NCBI GenBank assembly: GCA_965228855.1
Contig: CBDDIJ010000003.1
Location: forward strand, 256,001 to 320,000
Direction of reading: 5' to 3'
DNA length: 64,000 bases
Origin: Candidatus Obscuribacterales bacterium
GTDB taxonomy: Bacteria; Cyanobacteriota; Vampirovibrionia; Obscuribacterales; Obscuribacteraceae
The notes beneath the pieces were generated by a model that ran no database searches, was not told the origin of the DNA, and worked only from the letters and a program-made list of their open reading frames with translations. Positions within the stretch are counted from its first letter, which is position 1, and each line of letters begins with the position of its first letter. This document shows positions 41,419 through 51,483 of the stretch, in pieces. The position numbers and the translations under genes were made by a program.

Positions 41419-43449
41419 ATGGTCGAAAGCCTCTCTTCCCACAAAGTAGTCAAAGCCCCAGCTGACGCAGACGAGTCGGATATCGTCGCTTGCATTGCTG
41501 CTGTGACGGCGTACATAAAGGCCGAGGAAGAGGAACTGGCTGCGGCGGTCAATTGCCATAAGAAGGAACAGTTGTCGCCCTGGGGGCAGGTTGCTTTGTT
41601 AGAAGGTGTTCAGCATTTCGTTGCGAGCCACGCTGTTGCAGACGTCTCGAAGTCCAATTCGAAGAGTAAGAACCTGTCTTTATGGCGTAATTTTCCGGCA
41701 ATTTTCTGGGGCGCATTGAGTCTGACCGGGTTGCTAACCGGATTCGGCGCGCAGGCTGTTTATGCCGACCCTATCGACTTGAACGCCGAACAGAGTCTCA
41801 GTGACGACGTGACCTATACGGCGCAGGTCTCGCCGCGCACAGGCTGGCGGCCGGCTTCGCCGCCTGTCGTCCCGAACAGCTTTAAATCATCTCCAGTCAT
41901 CAAAGTGGCTCTGGCTGTTGGAGTTGGTGATATCGCGATTGATGCCATCGACGGTGCCCAAGTCCTGGATATGTCATCCGGGCGACAAATCGCGCAACTG
42001 CAGCCGTTAAGCCAATGGCGGGTCGGCTCACGCACCATTAGTGGTGCACCGGCAATTGCCTTCACAGGACGTCGCGATGTCGACCAGTACCTGGTTGCTA
42101 CAGGCGATCAGTTGAAGCCTGCCACCGAAAGAAATGTAGCCTTCTTCCCATCTCAGTTTTTGGGACCGCCGGCGCTTAAAGCCTTCCAAGCCGCTCAGCA
42201 GAATGGGACGGTCGCGAAGAAAACGGCGACTGCTTCGATTGTCGTTTGCTGCGGACCCCAAGCACCAGTTGTGGTATCACCAGGAACTCAAGCGCAAAAC
42301 CTTCTGACACCAGGCGCGGTATCATCGAGTGTCGCCAACTCTGCATCCGCCGCAACGTCCCTGCCTTTCGCACCGCCTAGAACCGCAACTGCACCGCGGT
42401 CCGGTCCGGCTCTGGAAGAGGTTGAAGTCGATGATATCGACATTGATGAGGATGAGGAGCGGGCAAGCAATTCTGCCACTTCGCAGGCAGGCAACGCAGC
42501 ATCTTCCGGGCAATCTCAATTCGGTGGTATTACTAACGGTGTCATAATAACTCCCAACGTTACCGGCGCGAGTGGGTCGCAATCGGTTTTCAACCTGAAC
42601 GGCCGCTTGTATCGTGGTTCGCTATGGGTAAAACCGGAGACCGTGAAAGACAAGAACGGTGCCTCTGTGACCAGGCTCACCGCGATTAACGTCATCGACC
42701 TCGAAGACTACCTGATGTCGGTTCTGCCTTCTGAAATGCCGAGCTCTTGGCCGCGTGAGGCTCTGAAAGCGCAAGCCATCGCTGCCCGCTCCTACGCGAT
42801 CGCGAATCTCGGGAAGTATCGCTCTAAAGGATATGATGTTCAGGCGACTGTCATGGACCAGGCGTACCGCGGAGCGAGTGCGGAGACGCTCGCGAGTAAC
42901 CGCGCGGTTTCTGAGACGAACGGGATTGTCATGAAGCATGCGGGTAAAGTCGTTCCGGGCTTCTTTCACAGTTCATCTGCAGGTCACACAGACGTCGCCG
43001 AGCACGTCTGGACCAAGGAAGTACCTTATTTGAAGTCCGTGCCGGATGTAGACCACAAGTCAAAGTACGTGCTCTGGGAGCGGAAGTTCCCGATCACGCA
43101 AATCGACGGCTCTCTCGGTAAGGATGTGGGAACGGTGCTGGGGCTTTTCCCTGTGCATCGCAGCCCGGCTGGTCGCGTGAAAAACCTGCTGGTGATAGGC
43201 ACTAAAGGAAGCACATTTGTTTCAGGCACTGCTGTGCGCCAGATGTTCGCGCTTCCCAGCACGAATTTTAATGTATTGGCTTACCAGGACTCGTATCTGT
43301 TTAAGGGCCAGGGCTTTGGGCATGGTCTGGGAATGTCTCAATATGGCGCTCGGGGTCTTGCGGAGCACGGCTATAATGCGGCCCAGATTTTGACGTATTA
43401 CTATAAAGACGTAACCTTTGAGCAAATAGTCGAGACACCTGCGCTTTAA
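41419..43449 (+). CDS. SpoIID/LytB domain peptidoglycan lytic transglycosylase
   Basis: YRGSL, INVIDLEDYL.SV.PSEM..SW..EALKAQAIAARSY, DQAY and G.GFGHGLGMSQYGA. Confidence 0.92.
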   Translation: MVESLSSHKVVKAPADADESDIVACIAAVTAYIKAEEEELAAAVNCHKKEQLSPWGQVALLEGVQHFVASHAVADVSKSNSKSKNLSLWRNFPAIFWGALSLTGLLTGFGAQAVYADPIDLNAEQSLSDDVTYTAQVSPRTGWRPASPPVVPNSFKSSPVIKVALAVGVGDIAIDAIDGAQVLDMSSGRQIAQLQPLSQWRVGSRTISGAPAIAFTGRRDVDQYLVATGDQLKPATERNVAFFPSQFLGPPALKAFQAAQQNGTVAKKTATASIVVCCGPQAPVVVSPGTQAQNLLTPGAVSSSVANSASAATSLPFAPPRTATAPRSGPALEEVEVDDIDIDEDEERASNSATSQAGNAASSGQSQFGGITNGVIITPNVTGASGSQSVFNLNGRLYRGSLWVKPETVKDKNGASVTRLTAINVIDLEDYLMSVLPSEMPSSWPREALKAQAIAARSYAIANLGKYRSKGYDVQATVMDQAYRGASAETLASNRAVSETNGIVMKHAGKVVPGFFHSSSAGHTDVAEHVWTKEVPYLKSVPDVDHKSKYVLWERKFPITQIDGSLGKDVGTVLGLFPVHRSPAGRVKNLLVIGTKGSTFVSGTAVRQMFALPSTNFNVLAYQDSYLFKGQGFGHGLGMSQYGARGLAEHGYNAAQILTYYYKDVTFEQIVETPAL

Positions 43450-43523
43450 TCAGAGATACTCTATAAAAGCACTCGTAGTTGCTCGAGCTGCTATGACTTT
43501 TTTCCCTTCAGGACTCCTTGTAG

Positions 43524-44957
43524 ATGAATCTGGATTTTGTGATGTGGGTACTCGCCTGGCTCTTGATGATAGGCATCATCAGCCTTCTCGTGATTGTCCA
43601 TGAGTGCGGGCACTTTTTAGTCGCTCGATTTTTTGGTTTCCAGACGCCAGTGTTTGGCATCGGATTGCCGGTCGGACCGCACATTGTCGTCGGTCATAGG
43701 TGGGGAACCCAGTTCCGGATTCACTATGCGCTGCTCGGCGGCTATGTTGCAATCCCTGAGCTGGGCGACGAATCGCAGGTTGACGCTGAAGCTTACGGTG
43801 TTCCGCTTAAACCATTCAAAAAGTTTCCAATCTGGCAAAGAGCGCTTGTGGCAGTTGCTGGCGTAAGTTTCAATGTTCTGTTCGCATACTTAATTATGTT
43901 CATGATGCTCATGATTCAAGGCGAACCAACGTATCAAACATTCACGCCCGGCACCATCGATTCGAATCCAATCGCCAAGAACGCCGGTGTCAAGGCTAAC
44001 GACGTAATCGTCAGTATCAACGACGAGAAGGTCAACGACTCGAATGATGTTGTAAGCATCCTCGGAAGGCACAAATCTGAGCCGGTTACGCTGCATCTAT
44101 TGAGAGCAGATAAACCGATTGATATCACGCTTACACCTAATGCGAGCGGAAAAGTCGGCATGATGCTGGATGTGAAACCGCTGGGCTTCAAGCAAATCGA
44201 AAAGAGCCCGCCTGAAATCGCGGTCATGGCCGGAGACCGGCTGGGCAAGCTGACGGGCGGTATGCTTCAGGCTCTCGGCATGATGGGTCAGGGAATGTAC
44301 AACTGGGCGACTCACATCGGGCAGCCCGCCACGAAGAAAGCTGAAAATTCCGTCGGACCGGAGAACATGCACGGCATTCTTGCGGTCATGAAACTGGGCG
44401 CTGACATTGCCAAAGAGCAAGACTGGAACCAGCTTTTCGTCTTCACGATTTTGATCAGTATGGACCTTGCAATCGTTAATCTGTTGCCGTGGCCCGCACT
44501 CGATGGCGGGCACCTGGCGTTCATGTTTATAGAACTGGTACGCGGAAAGCCAATGGGAGAGCGTGCTCAGGGCGAAATCTTCAGATGGGGCTTATTGAGT
44601 CTTTTATTGTTGATGGTCGTGATTATGGTCAATGACGTAAGCGCACTTGTCACCGGAAAGCTCGATTACAAGGCTAAAGCCAAGCAAGCAGCCCAGGATA
44701 AAGCCAGGGAAGAAGCAAAAGGCAAGACGTCTTCAGGAGATGAAACGAAGGCGCCTGACGGCACTGCAGTTCCTTCAGAAGAGACAAAAGCGCCGGTTGC
44801 AGTTCCTTCTGGGGAGCCAACGGCGCCGGCTGACGGCGTGGACGCTCCATCGCAAGATCCTAAAGCTCCCGCTAATGCAGCCGACGAGCCTGCGAAAGCT
44901 GATGAAAAAGAAGACTCGGATAAGACCTCTGTCGACGCGCCAAAAGGAGCAAAATAG
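43524..44957 (+). CDS. rseP: RIP metalloprotease RseP (site-2 protease with PDZ)
   Basis: HECGH, FGIG, LGGYV, PDZ domain and NLLPWPALDGG. Confidence 0.93.
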   Translation: MNLDFVMWVLAWLLMIGIISLLVIVHECGHFLVARFFGFQTPVFGIGLPVGPHIVVGHRWGTQFRIHYALLGGYVAIPELGDESQVDAEAYGVPLKPFKKFPIWQRALVAVAGVSFNVLFAYLIMFMMLMIQGEPTYQTFTPGTIDSNPIAKNAGVKANDVIVSINDEKVNDSNDVVSILGRHKSEPVTLHLLRADKPIDITLTPNASGKVGMMLDVKPLGFKQIEKSPPEIAVMAGDRLGKLTGGMLQALGMMGQGMYNWATHIGQPATKKAENSVGPENMHGILAVMKLGADIAKEQDWNQLFVFTILISMDLAIVNLLPWPALDGGHLAFMFIELVRGKPMGERAQGEIFRWGLLSLLLLMVVIMVNDVSALVTGKLDYKAKAKQAAQDKAREEAKGKTSSGDETKAPDGTAVPSEETKAPVAVPSGEPTAPADGVDAPSQDPKAPANAADEPAKADEKEDSDKTSVDAPKGAK

Positions 44958-44959
44958 CC

Positions 44960-45202
44960 ATGCCTAGTTATGACTACCGTTGTACCGATTGCCGTGAGCC
45001 GTTTACCGTAGAACGCTCAATGAAGGATAGTACTGAAACCAATTGTGAGCACTGCGGAAGCGAGAATGTTTCCCGCATTTGGAATATGTTCATCCGCTCG
45101 AGTGGTATCACTCAAGACGTCGGGCAGGGTCGCAGTTCAGCTCCGGCTCCATCGTCGGGCGGTGGGTGCGGTTCTTGTTGCGGTGGCGGCGGCTGCTGCT
45201 AA
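44960..45202 (+). CDS. FmdB family zinc-ribbon protein
   Basis: MPSYDYRCTDC...F.........CEHCGS with a Gly/Cys-rich tail. Confidence 0.88.
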   Translation: MPSYDYRCTDCREPFTVERSMKDSTETNCEHCGSENVSRIWNMFIRSSGITQDVGQGRSSAPAPSSGGGCGSCCGGGGCC

Positions 45203-45300
45203 TCGGCGGAGCTTGTGCTTAAACACCTCATTCGCTATGTTTCACACGCATCAACGAGCGCACAAGTTTTCGCGCATCAAAACTCACACATGAGCGTGCG

Positions 45301-46047
45301 CTAGACTTTCATGACCTGAAAGTCTACGGCGCCCAACCGTTTTGCGACATTCTTTTCGTCCGTGATCAAATAGTCGAGATCCGAGATTGCGCAGAGCGTG
45401 TAATGTAGCGAGAATCCAAGTTTCTCTTTGCCTGATACGATTGCCAGCTCAGATGCTCTTTTGATAAACGCGGTCTTGACCATTGAATCCTGATAGTGGC
45501 TTACAGTAGCGCCATTCTCCCTGTTGAGTCCTTGCACGCTGATTATCGCCAGGTCGGCGGTAAATCGTTGTATGGCGGTGAGAACTTCGGGACCTTCGTT
45601 GATTAGAAGCTCGGGAACAAGAGTGCCGCCCAGGAGAATGACTTTGGACGTCCGGCAATTCGCAAAGGCGATTGCGTTTGCGGCGCTGTGTGTCACGAAT
45701 GTGGCGTTTAAACCTGCTGGTAAAAACTCGGCGATTAATTGAGTAGTAGTTCCGCCGTCGATGAAAACGAGCATGCCCGGCTGAATCAGCTTTGCTGCTT
45801 CGGACGCCATTTTTCGCTTCCCTTCGAGATTTAATTCGATGCGCGCCGAATATTCGAATGGTACAGGGCTGATCGCCATAGCGCCGCCGTGAACCTTTTT
45901 CAGTTTCCCGCTCTCCGACAGGTCTTTGAGATCTCGGCGGATGGTGTCTTCTGAGACGTTCAATTCGGAGGCGAGTTCGAACGATGAAGCTTTGCCCTTC
46001 ACATTTAAGTGGTTGAGAATCCACTGTCTGCGTTCTTCAGTGAACAT
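45301..46047 (-). CDS. DeoR/GlpR family transcriptional regulator
   Basis: ERRQWIL, VSEDTIRRDL..L...G.LKKVHGGA and FIDGGTT. Confidence 0.93.
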   Translation of the reverse strand: MFTEERRQWILNHLNVKGKASSFELASELNVSEDTIRRDLKDLSESGKLKKVHGGAMAISPVPFEYSARIELNLEGKRKMASEAAKLIQPGMLVFIDGGTTTQLIAEFLPAGLNATFVTHSAANAIAFANCRTSKVILLGGTLVPELLINEGPEVLTAIQRFTADLAIISVQGLNRENGATVSHYQDSMVKTAFIKRASELAIVSGKEKLGFSLHYTLCAISDLDYLITDEKNVAKRLGAVDFQVMKV

Positions 46048-46125
46048 GCGCCTTCACATACCCTTGCGTTTTTGTGCCGATTTGTGCATGATTATACACG
46101 AAATGTGCACGAACGGGAGGCAAAT

Positions 46126-46683
46126 ATGAAAAGAATAGCGATCGATATGGACGAGGTCATTACGGACGCTCTTTCCAAGCACGTTCGTCTTTACAACGAG
46201 CACTTCAATAAGCAGGTAATCATTGATGAACACCTGGTTGGTCTATCGCTTCGCGAATTTGCCGAAGAGCATGAACGCCTTAAAGTGCGCGAATTTGTCG
46301 ATGATGAAATGTTCTTCGCTGAAATGGACGTTTTGCCGGGGGCGCTTGAAACTTTGGAAGCTCTCTCTCATGAAAACGAGCTGTTCATCACAACTGCGGC
46401 CATGGAAGTTCCTTACTCATTTCGCGCAAAGTATGAGTGGCTTTTGAAGCACACACCATTCATCGACCCTATGAATTTTGTCTTTTGCGGCGACAAATCG
46501 ATCGTGCAGGCCGATTTCTTGATCGACGATAATGTCCGTCACTTCAAGCGTTTCAAAGGCACCGGCTTGCTTTTCGATGCACCGCACAATAGATATGTCG
46601 ATTACAATCCTCGCATGCTTGGCTGGTCGGATGTGGCAAAATTTTTTGGCGTGAGCGTCAAAGAAAAAGCGGTTTGCTCTTAA
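46126..46683 (+). CDS. 5'(3')-deoxyribonucleotidase (HAD, NT5C family)
   Basis: IAIDMDEVI, KYEWL..H.PF, FCGDKS, DFLIDDN and F.APHN; ATG 46126 has a GGAGG RBS. Confidence 0.9.
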   Translation: MKRIAIDMDEVITDALSKHVRLYNEHFNKQVIIDEHLVGLSLREFAEEHERLKVREFVDDEMFFAEMDVLPGALETLEALSHENELFITTAAMEVPYSFRAKYEWLLKHTPFIDPMNFVFCGDKSIVQADFLIDDNVRHFKRFKGTGLLFDAPHNRYVDYNPRMLGWSDVAKFFGVSVKEKAVCS

Positions 46684-46806
46684 GTTTTGCCTTGAACTTT
46701 GTTAGAGTGATTATGTCGCTGGGAGCTTTTTTGAAGTCTGGGAACTTCCTCAAAACGAGCAGCGTCGTAACGACTCAATTGTAGAAACTGCTTTCTCAAG
46801 TTGGTC

Positions 46807-47199
46807 ATGAAGCGGATTATCAAACAAGCAATCAATATGCTACTCAGCGCTGCATTTGCGCTGAGTTCGATTGCTGTTGGAAGCGCGTCCGCCTGCTCCG
46901 TGTCTGGTGCCGCCGTTGTTGCTGAGAAGATGACGATGGCGTGTTGCATGCAGCATAAAACGACAGGCATGAATAATGTTTGTCATTGCAGCATGAAGCA
47001 GGCGCCCGCCAGTGCTCCGCAGACCATAAGCACCACGCAAAGCATTGATGCGCATCTTCCCGCAGTCGAAGCGCCGGCACCAAAATCGTTTGTCGCGTTT
47101 CGTCAGGAGCCGCTCAACTCACAGTGGCTCGCACTGGATTGCCGGTTGCGCGCGCCACCACCACGGCTTTATATATTGAACTGTGCCTTCCTGAGTTAA
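46807..47199 (+). CDS. DUF2946-like Cys/His/Met-rich exported leader protein with a C-terminal RAPP motif
   Basis: Signal-like N-terminus, MACCMQH and CHCSM, ending LRAPPPRLYILNCAFLS; directly upstream of a copper-storage gene. Confidence 0.6.
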   Translation: MKRIIKQAINMLLSAAFALSSIAVGSASACSVSGAAVVAEKMTMACCMQHKTTGMNNVCHCSMKQAPASAPQTISTTQSIDAHLPAVEAPAPKSFVAFRQEPLNSQWLALDCRLRAPPPRLYILNCAFLS

Positions 47200-47277
47200 A
47201 TCATGGGTGTAAATCGCTGAGCCAGTGAGCTTTAGCGAGATCGTCGTACCCATATTTAATTTCAGGAGTATTTCTAT

Positions 47278-47736
47278 ATGAAACGTATTATTTTTTCGTT
47301 GCTCGTTATTTTGTCCTTTCTCGCCTTCAATCCGATGTTGAATGCCGCGACCGCAGCTGACAAAGCTAAGACCGGCGCTGCATGCAGTCACAGTGACACA
47401 TGCAAGAGCTGTCAAAAAAGTTGCGAAGATGCATTGAAGTATTGCCTTTCAAAAGGCGGTAAGCATGCTGAGAAAGCGCATATCGACGCCTTGAAAGATT
47501 GCATCGCGATGTGCAAAGTCTCTGCTGACCTCGGTTCTCGTAACTCGAGTTTGCTTCCGAAGATCAGAGAAGTCTGTGCTGAGGCGTGCAAAAAGTGCGC
47601 TGCAAGCTGTGAAGCTCTCAACGATCCCAAGTTGAAGGATTGCGTCACTGCCTGCAACGAATGCGAGAAATCCTGCACCAGCAGCACAGGATCGTCGTGC
47701 TGCACTGATGGCAAGGACAGTAAAAAAGCGAAGTAG
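47278..47736 (+). CDS. Four-helix-bundle copper storage protein (Csp/DUF326-like), exported
   Basis: CxxCxxxC repeats: CKSCQKSCEDALKYC, DCIAMC, CAEACKKCAASC and CVTACNECEKSC; signal peptide. Confidence 0.85.
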   Translation: MKRIIFSLLVILSFLAFNPMLNAATAADKAKTGAACSHSDTCKSCQKSCEDALKYCLSKGGKHAEKAHIDALKDCIAMCKVSADLGSRNSSLLPKIREVCAEACKKCAASCEALNDPKLKDCVTACNECEKSCTSSTGSSCCTDGKDSKKAK

Positions 47737-47762
47737 TTAACTATTTCAAAAAACACGACAAA

Positions 47763-47790
47763 TCGGGAGTGCGATAAACACTCCCGGTTT
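47763..47790 (+). terminator. Terminator after the csp-like gene
   Basis: TCGGGAGTG-CGATAAA-CACTCCCGG followed by TTTT. Confidence 0.75.
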
Positions 47791-47917
47791 TCGCGTGCGC
47801 GGTCCAAGTTCGTTGAAAAAGGCGGCACCGGATATGGTGTCGCCGATTCGCTCGATGAGTTTTGATGCGCGCAATTCTAATAGCGCTGCCGGTACTGCTT
47901 AGACGCGATATTGCTGT

Positions 47918-48499
47918 CTAGCCCTGGCGTGCTTCGTTTACTAGCACTCGCCAGCGAGCCGATTCTTTGAGATTTTTGACGGTGCCGGTTCCCGCCTCAT
48001 AGAACTTTGCGATCTTATCTTGCGCTTCAATTACGCCCTGCTCTGCAGAAAGTTTGTACCAGTCGAATGCTTCGTGTAAGTCTCTTTCGACTCCGGAACC
48101 ATCTTCGAATAATTTTCCAAGCAAGCATTGAGCGCCAGGGTCTGAAGACATGGAGAGCGCGAGCTTGTACGCTTCGTTGTATTGACCCTTTTCATATGCA
48201 TTGTAGGCGTCATAAAGCAGTTTTACCGGCGCAATTGCACGCAGCAGGCGCGGTCTTGTGCGCAGGTCCACGGTCGGCGAAGTTGTAAGCAAGAGCCCGT
48301 CTTCGTCTGAGCCGATAATATTTACCTCGACCTGTTCGCCTCGTTGAAAGACGTGGTCAGATGGCAAAAAGCCGTGGCGCGGGTCCTCAGGCAGCGAAAG
48401 CCGGTATCCGCCAATGTCGGTGGCCTTCACCGTTCCGGTGATGGACTGCCCTGGCTTGTAATTTGGTAGGGGTTTGGGATTCCTGGTATTTTTGGACAT
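47918..48499 (-). CDS. Protein with an N-terminal S1/OB-like domain and Sel1-like repeats
   Basis: GQSITGTV...GFLP...GEQVEVNI; Sel1 repeat AQCLLGKLFEDGSGVERDLHEAFDWYKLSAEQG. Confidence 0.75.
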   Translation of the reverse strand: MSKNTRNPKPLPNYKPGQSITGTVKATDIGGYRLSLPEDPRHGFLPSDHVFQRGEQVEVNIIGSDEDGLLLTTSPTVDLRTRPRLLRAIAPVKLLYDAYNAYEKGQYNEAYKLALSMSSDPGAQCLLGKLFEDGSGVERDLHEAFDWYKLSAEQGVIEAQDKIAKFYEAGTGTVKNLKESARWRVLVNEARQG

Positions 48500-48677
48500 T
48501 TATTTCAACTTTGAATTCTGGACATAGAGATCCTTCCCCGTAAATCGAATAGGTAAGCGTTAATCTGCGGACAGTGTTGCTCAGGCAACGTTTTCCAAGG
48601 CGCGATATCATGAACGTTGTCGTATGGTTTATATTGGCAACCCGGCGCTCGGGTGATTTTCGATAAAGAGGAATGCA

Positions 48678-50198
48678 ATGAACCTTTTCCGGTTTGAACG
48701 GAACCCGCATACCATCAACTTTTCCGATGTATCGAGGTGCGCGTTGAAAACGGCAGGCGTTTTTGTTTTTGCTCTAATAATGATGGTGAATTCGATCGCG
48801 TTCGCTCAGCAATACAACAACCCCAATGCGGGCGGGCAGAATCCGGGGAAGGCCCAGGAAATTTTTCAGAAAGCGAAACAGGCTTTTGCTGCCGGCGATT
48901 ATGCGGCGGCAGTAAATTTGCTGGAACTCGCCAAGAATTACAATCATTCCGATAAAAACGTCATACATATGCTCGCGCTCGCGTACGCTGAGCAGGGCGA
49001 CAATTACAATGCGATGCTATGGTTTAGATCGGCTCTCAGTCTCGATTACAACTTTCTCGAGGCTCGCAACAATTACGGCATCTTTCTGAATAAAACCGGA
49101 AAGCAGAAGGAAGCTAAAAAAGAATTCGAGACCTGCATTCAGATAAACCCAAACTATGCAAACGCTCATTATGGGCGGGGTTCCATCCTTAAAGATCAGG
49201 GTGATCTGGATGGTGCGATTGAAGAATTTCGTACGGCGATTCGTTTGCGCCCGCAATATTACGAGGCGAGGCGCGATCTCGGTTTATGCGTCTATGAGAA
49301 GTACAACAGTGGTGCGCTGAAGGACATCAGCGAGTCGGTCGAACAGTTGCGAAGCGCCGCGAAGCTGGTCCCGCGCAGTCCTATGATTCACTACTACCTG
49401 GGCACTATCTGGTGTGCGCAGGGAAATCTGGATGAGGCTGAGAAGGAATTCCGAGTAACGCTGATGAACGATCCGCAGCATGGCGCCGGGCATTATGAGC
49501 TCGGGAAGCTGCGTTACTTGCGCGGCGACATCGATCGTTGTATGGATGAAATGGGCGCGGCTCTCAAGGTAAACCCGACGTACACTGAATCTAAGCAGTA
49601 TCCGAACATCAATCGCAAGGAAACGAAGACGTATCTCGCCAAGTGTAAGGAGCTGAAACACTATTATCCGGCGGCGATTCGCGATTGGACCGAAGTCGCA
49701 TCGCAGACGAAATCAAACAGTGAAATCTTGTCTCACATCAAAGAACTACAGCGCCTCGAGCAGCGCAAGCAGAAGGCTAGTGGCAAGAAAAACGCGCCGG
49801 TGTTTGACGAGGATGAGGTCAATTCTCTGATTATCCGCGGTACCGAGGAAGTCGACGAGGGGAACTATCAGGGCGCCAAGGCGACCTTTAACCGCGCCCT
49901 TGAGATCAATCCTAATTGCTGGGAGGCGTATCAGCATCTGGGCGGAATTTTGGAACAGGAGGGCGATCTGACTCGCGCTTCCCAGAGTTATCAGAAGGCG
50001 ATGGAACTTGAACCGGCTTGTTGCGGGCTTTATTACAACATGGGTTATGTGCTGGAAAAGATGCGCCTGCCTGTGGAAGCGGGACGGATGTATAAGCGTT
50101 ATCACGATTGTGACGGTCGTTATCCTTACGACCCTAAGCACATCACGCAGCTTCAACTGGAAGATGTTCGTCAGCAAATGCGTGAGCGCTCGAAATAA
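48678..50198 (+). CDS. Exported TPR-repeat protein
   Basis: Signal/TM segment followed by many TPRs (ARNNYG, AHYGRG, HYYLG, YYNMG). Confidence 0.85.
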   Translation: MNLFRFERNPHTINFSDVSRCALKTAGVFVFALIMMVNSIAFAQQYNNPNAGGQNPGKAQEIFQKAKQAFAAGDYAAAVNLLELAKNYNHSDKNVIHMLALAYAEQGDNYNAMLWFRSALSLDYNFLEARNNYGIFLNKTGKQKEAKKEFETCIQINPNYANAHYGRGSILKDQGDLDGAIEEFRTAIRLRPQYYEARRDLGLCVYEKYNSGALKDISESVEQLRSAAKLVPRSPMIHYYLGTIWCAQGNLDEAEKEFRVTLMNDPQHGAGHYELGKLRYLRGDIDRCMDEMGAALKVNPTYTESKQYPNINRKETKTYLAKCKELKHYYPAAIRDWTEVASQTKSNSEILSHIKELQRLEQRKQKASGKKNAPVFDEDEVNSLIIRGTEEVDEGNYQGAKATFNRALEINPNCWEAYQHLGGILEQEGDLTRASQSYQKAMELEPACCGLYYNMGYVLEKMRLPVEAGRMYKRYHDCDGRYPYDPKHITQLQLEDVRQQMRERSK

Positions 50199-50336
50199 AT
50201 CGCTGCATCCATCGCCACTTTATTGGTTCGCCTGCTATCATTTGCGAAGATCATGATTTCTCATGACATCGGTTGTTCGGTCTGACACAGTTAGATTCGG
50301 CGGAACGCTCGAATCCTCATCTGGAGATTTCGCTAC

Positions 50337-51200
50337 ATGGGCAAAGCCGTCTCAACGCTGACGCTGCAGAAGTACAAAGAAGATGGTCGCAAGATTGTTT
50401 GCCTGACCGCCTACGATTATTCGACCGCGAAGATTTTGGATCGCGCGGGCGTGGATGTAATCCTCGTCGGCGACAGTCTTGCCATGGTGGCTCTTGGGCA
50501 TAAAACCACTCACGCCGTCACCGTCGAAGAGATGTTGCACCACACCAAGGCGGTGACCAGAGGCGCTGAATTCGCGCTTGTGGTGGCTGATTTGCCGTTC
50601 ATGAGCTATCAAGTCGACATCACTCAAGCGATCACGAACGCCGGCCGCTTTGTCAAAGAGGCTCAGGCACAGGCTGTTAAGCTGGAAGGTGCCAGCGAAC
50701 ATAATCTTCAAATTATCGAACGTCTTGTTGGAATGGGTATCCCCGTGATGGGGCACCTGGGCTTTACTCCTCAGTCTATTCATGGACTGGGTGGAACGCG
50801 AGTTCAGGCGCGCAATGCCGATGACGCGCTTAAGTTACTTGCTGAAGCAAAGGCTCTGGAAAAAGCGGGTGTCTTCGCAGTCGTTTTGGAGATGGTACCA
50901 ACCGCGGTGGCGCGCGCAATAGCTAAGCGCTTAACGATTCCAGTCATCGGAATCGGTGCCGGAGTAGACTGCGACGGACAAATTCTTGTGACAGACGACT
51001 TGCTGGGCAAGTACGTTGATTTTAAACCGCGTTTTGTTCGGCGTTATGCAAGTCTCGATGAAGTCTGCACTGAAGCGATTCGCTCATATGCGCAGGATGT
51101 GATGAGCAGCGCGTTTCCGACCGATACTGAATCATTCGCTTTCCCGGAAGAAGAAGAAAAGGTGTTGCTGAAGAAGTTGGATGCTCAGCCAGTCGGCTAA
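50337..51200 (+). CDS. panB: 3-methyl-2-oxobutanoate hydroxymethyltransferase
   Basis: LTAYD, ILVGDSL, ADLPFMSY, AVKLEG, GHLGFTPQS and IGIGAG..CDGQILV. Confidence 0.97.
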   Translation: MGKAVSTLTLQKYKEDGRKIVCLTAYDYSTAKILDRAGVDVILVGDSLAMVALGHKTTHAVTVEEMLHHTKAVTRGAEFALVVADLPFMSYQVDITQAITNAGRFVKEAQAQAVKLEGASEHNLQIIERLVGMGIPVMGHLGFTPQSIHGLGGTRVQARNADDALKLLAEAKALEKAGVFAVVLEMVPTAVARAIAKRLTIPVIGIGAGVDCDGQILVTDDLLGKYVDFKPRFVRRYASLDEVCTEAIRSYAQDVMSSAFPTDTESFAFPEEEEKVLLKKLDAQPVG

Positions 51201-51483
51201 GAACGTCGCACGCCCTTGTTTTCCGCTGCTTTCATTATCCTCTTATTCCTGAGCAGCATAAGTCTCAAAATTTGATTCCGCATGGGAATTTCGGATACCT
51301 AATCAGAATCCGGGAGATACACGAGCCACAAGCCACGAGCCAGAATCGGTCTCATATGCCGGAAGCGTCCTCGGTCGGCAGATGGCGTCCTCGGTGGTGG
51401 CTCGGTCGGCAACGGCGTCTCGAGCGGCTTCCTCGCATGGTGGCTCGGTCGGCAACGGTGTCCTTCGGCGTGGCGGGCGCTAG

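Noticed and set aside
51350..51480. Short direct repeats TGGTGGCTCGGTCGGCAACGG as a distinct element
   Set aside because: Only two full copies in a convergent intergenic gap, with no further structure or covariation to support a function.
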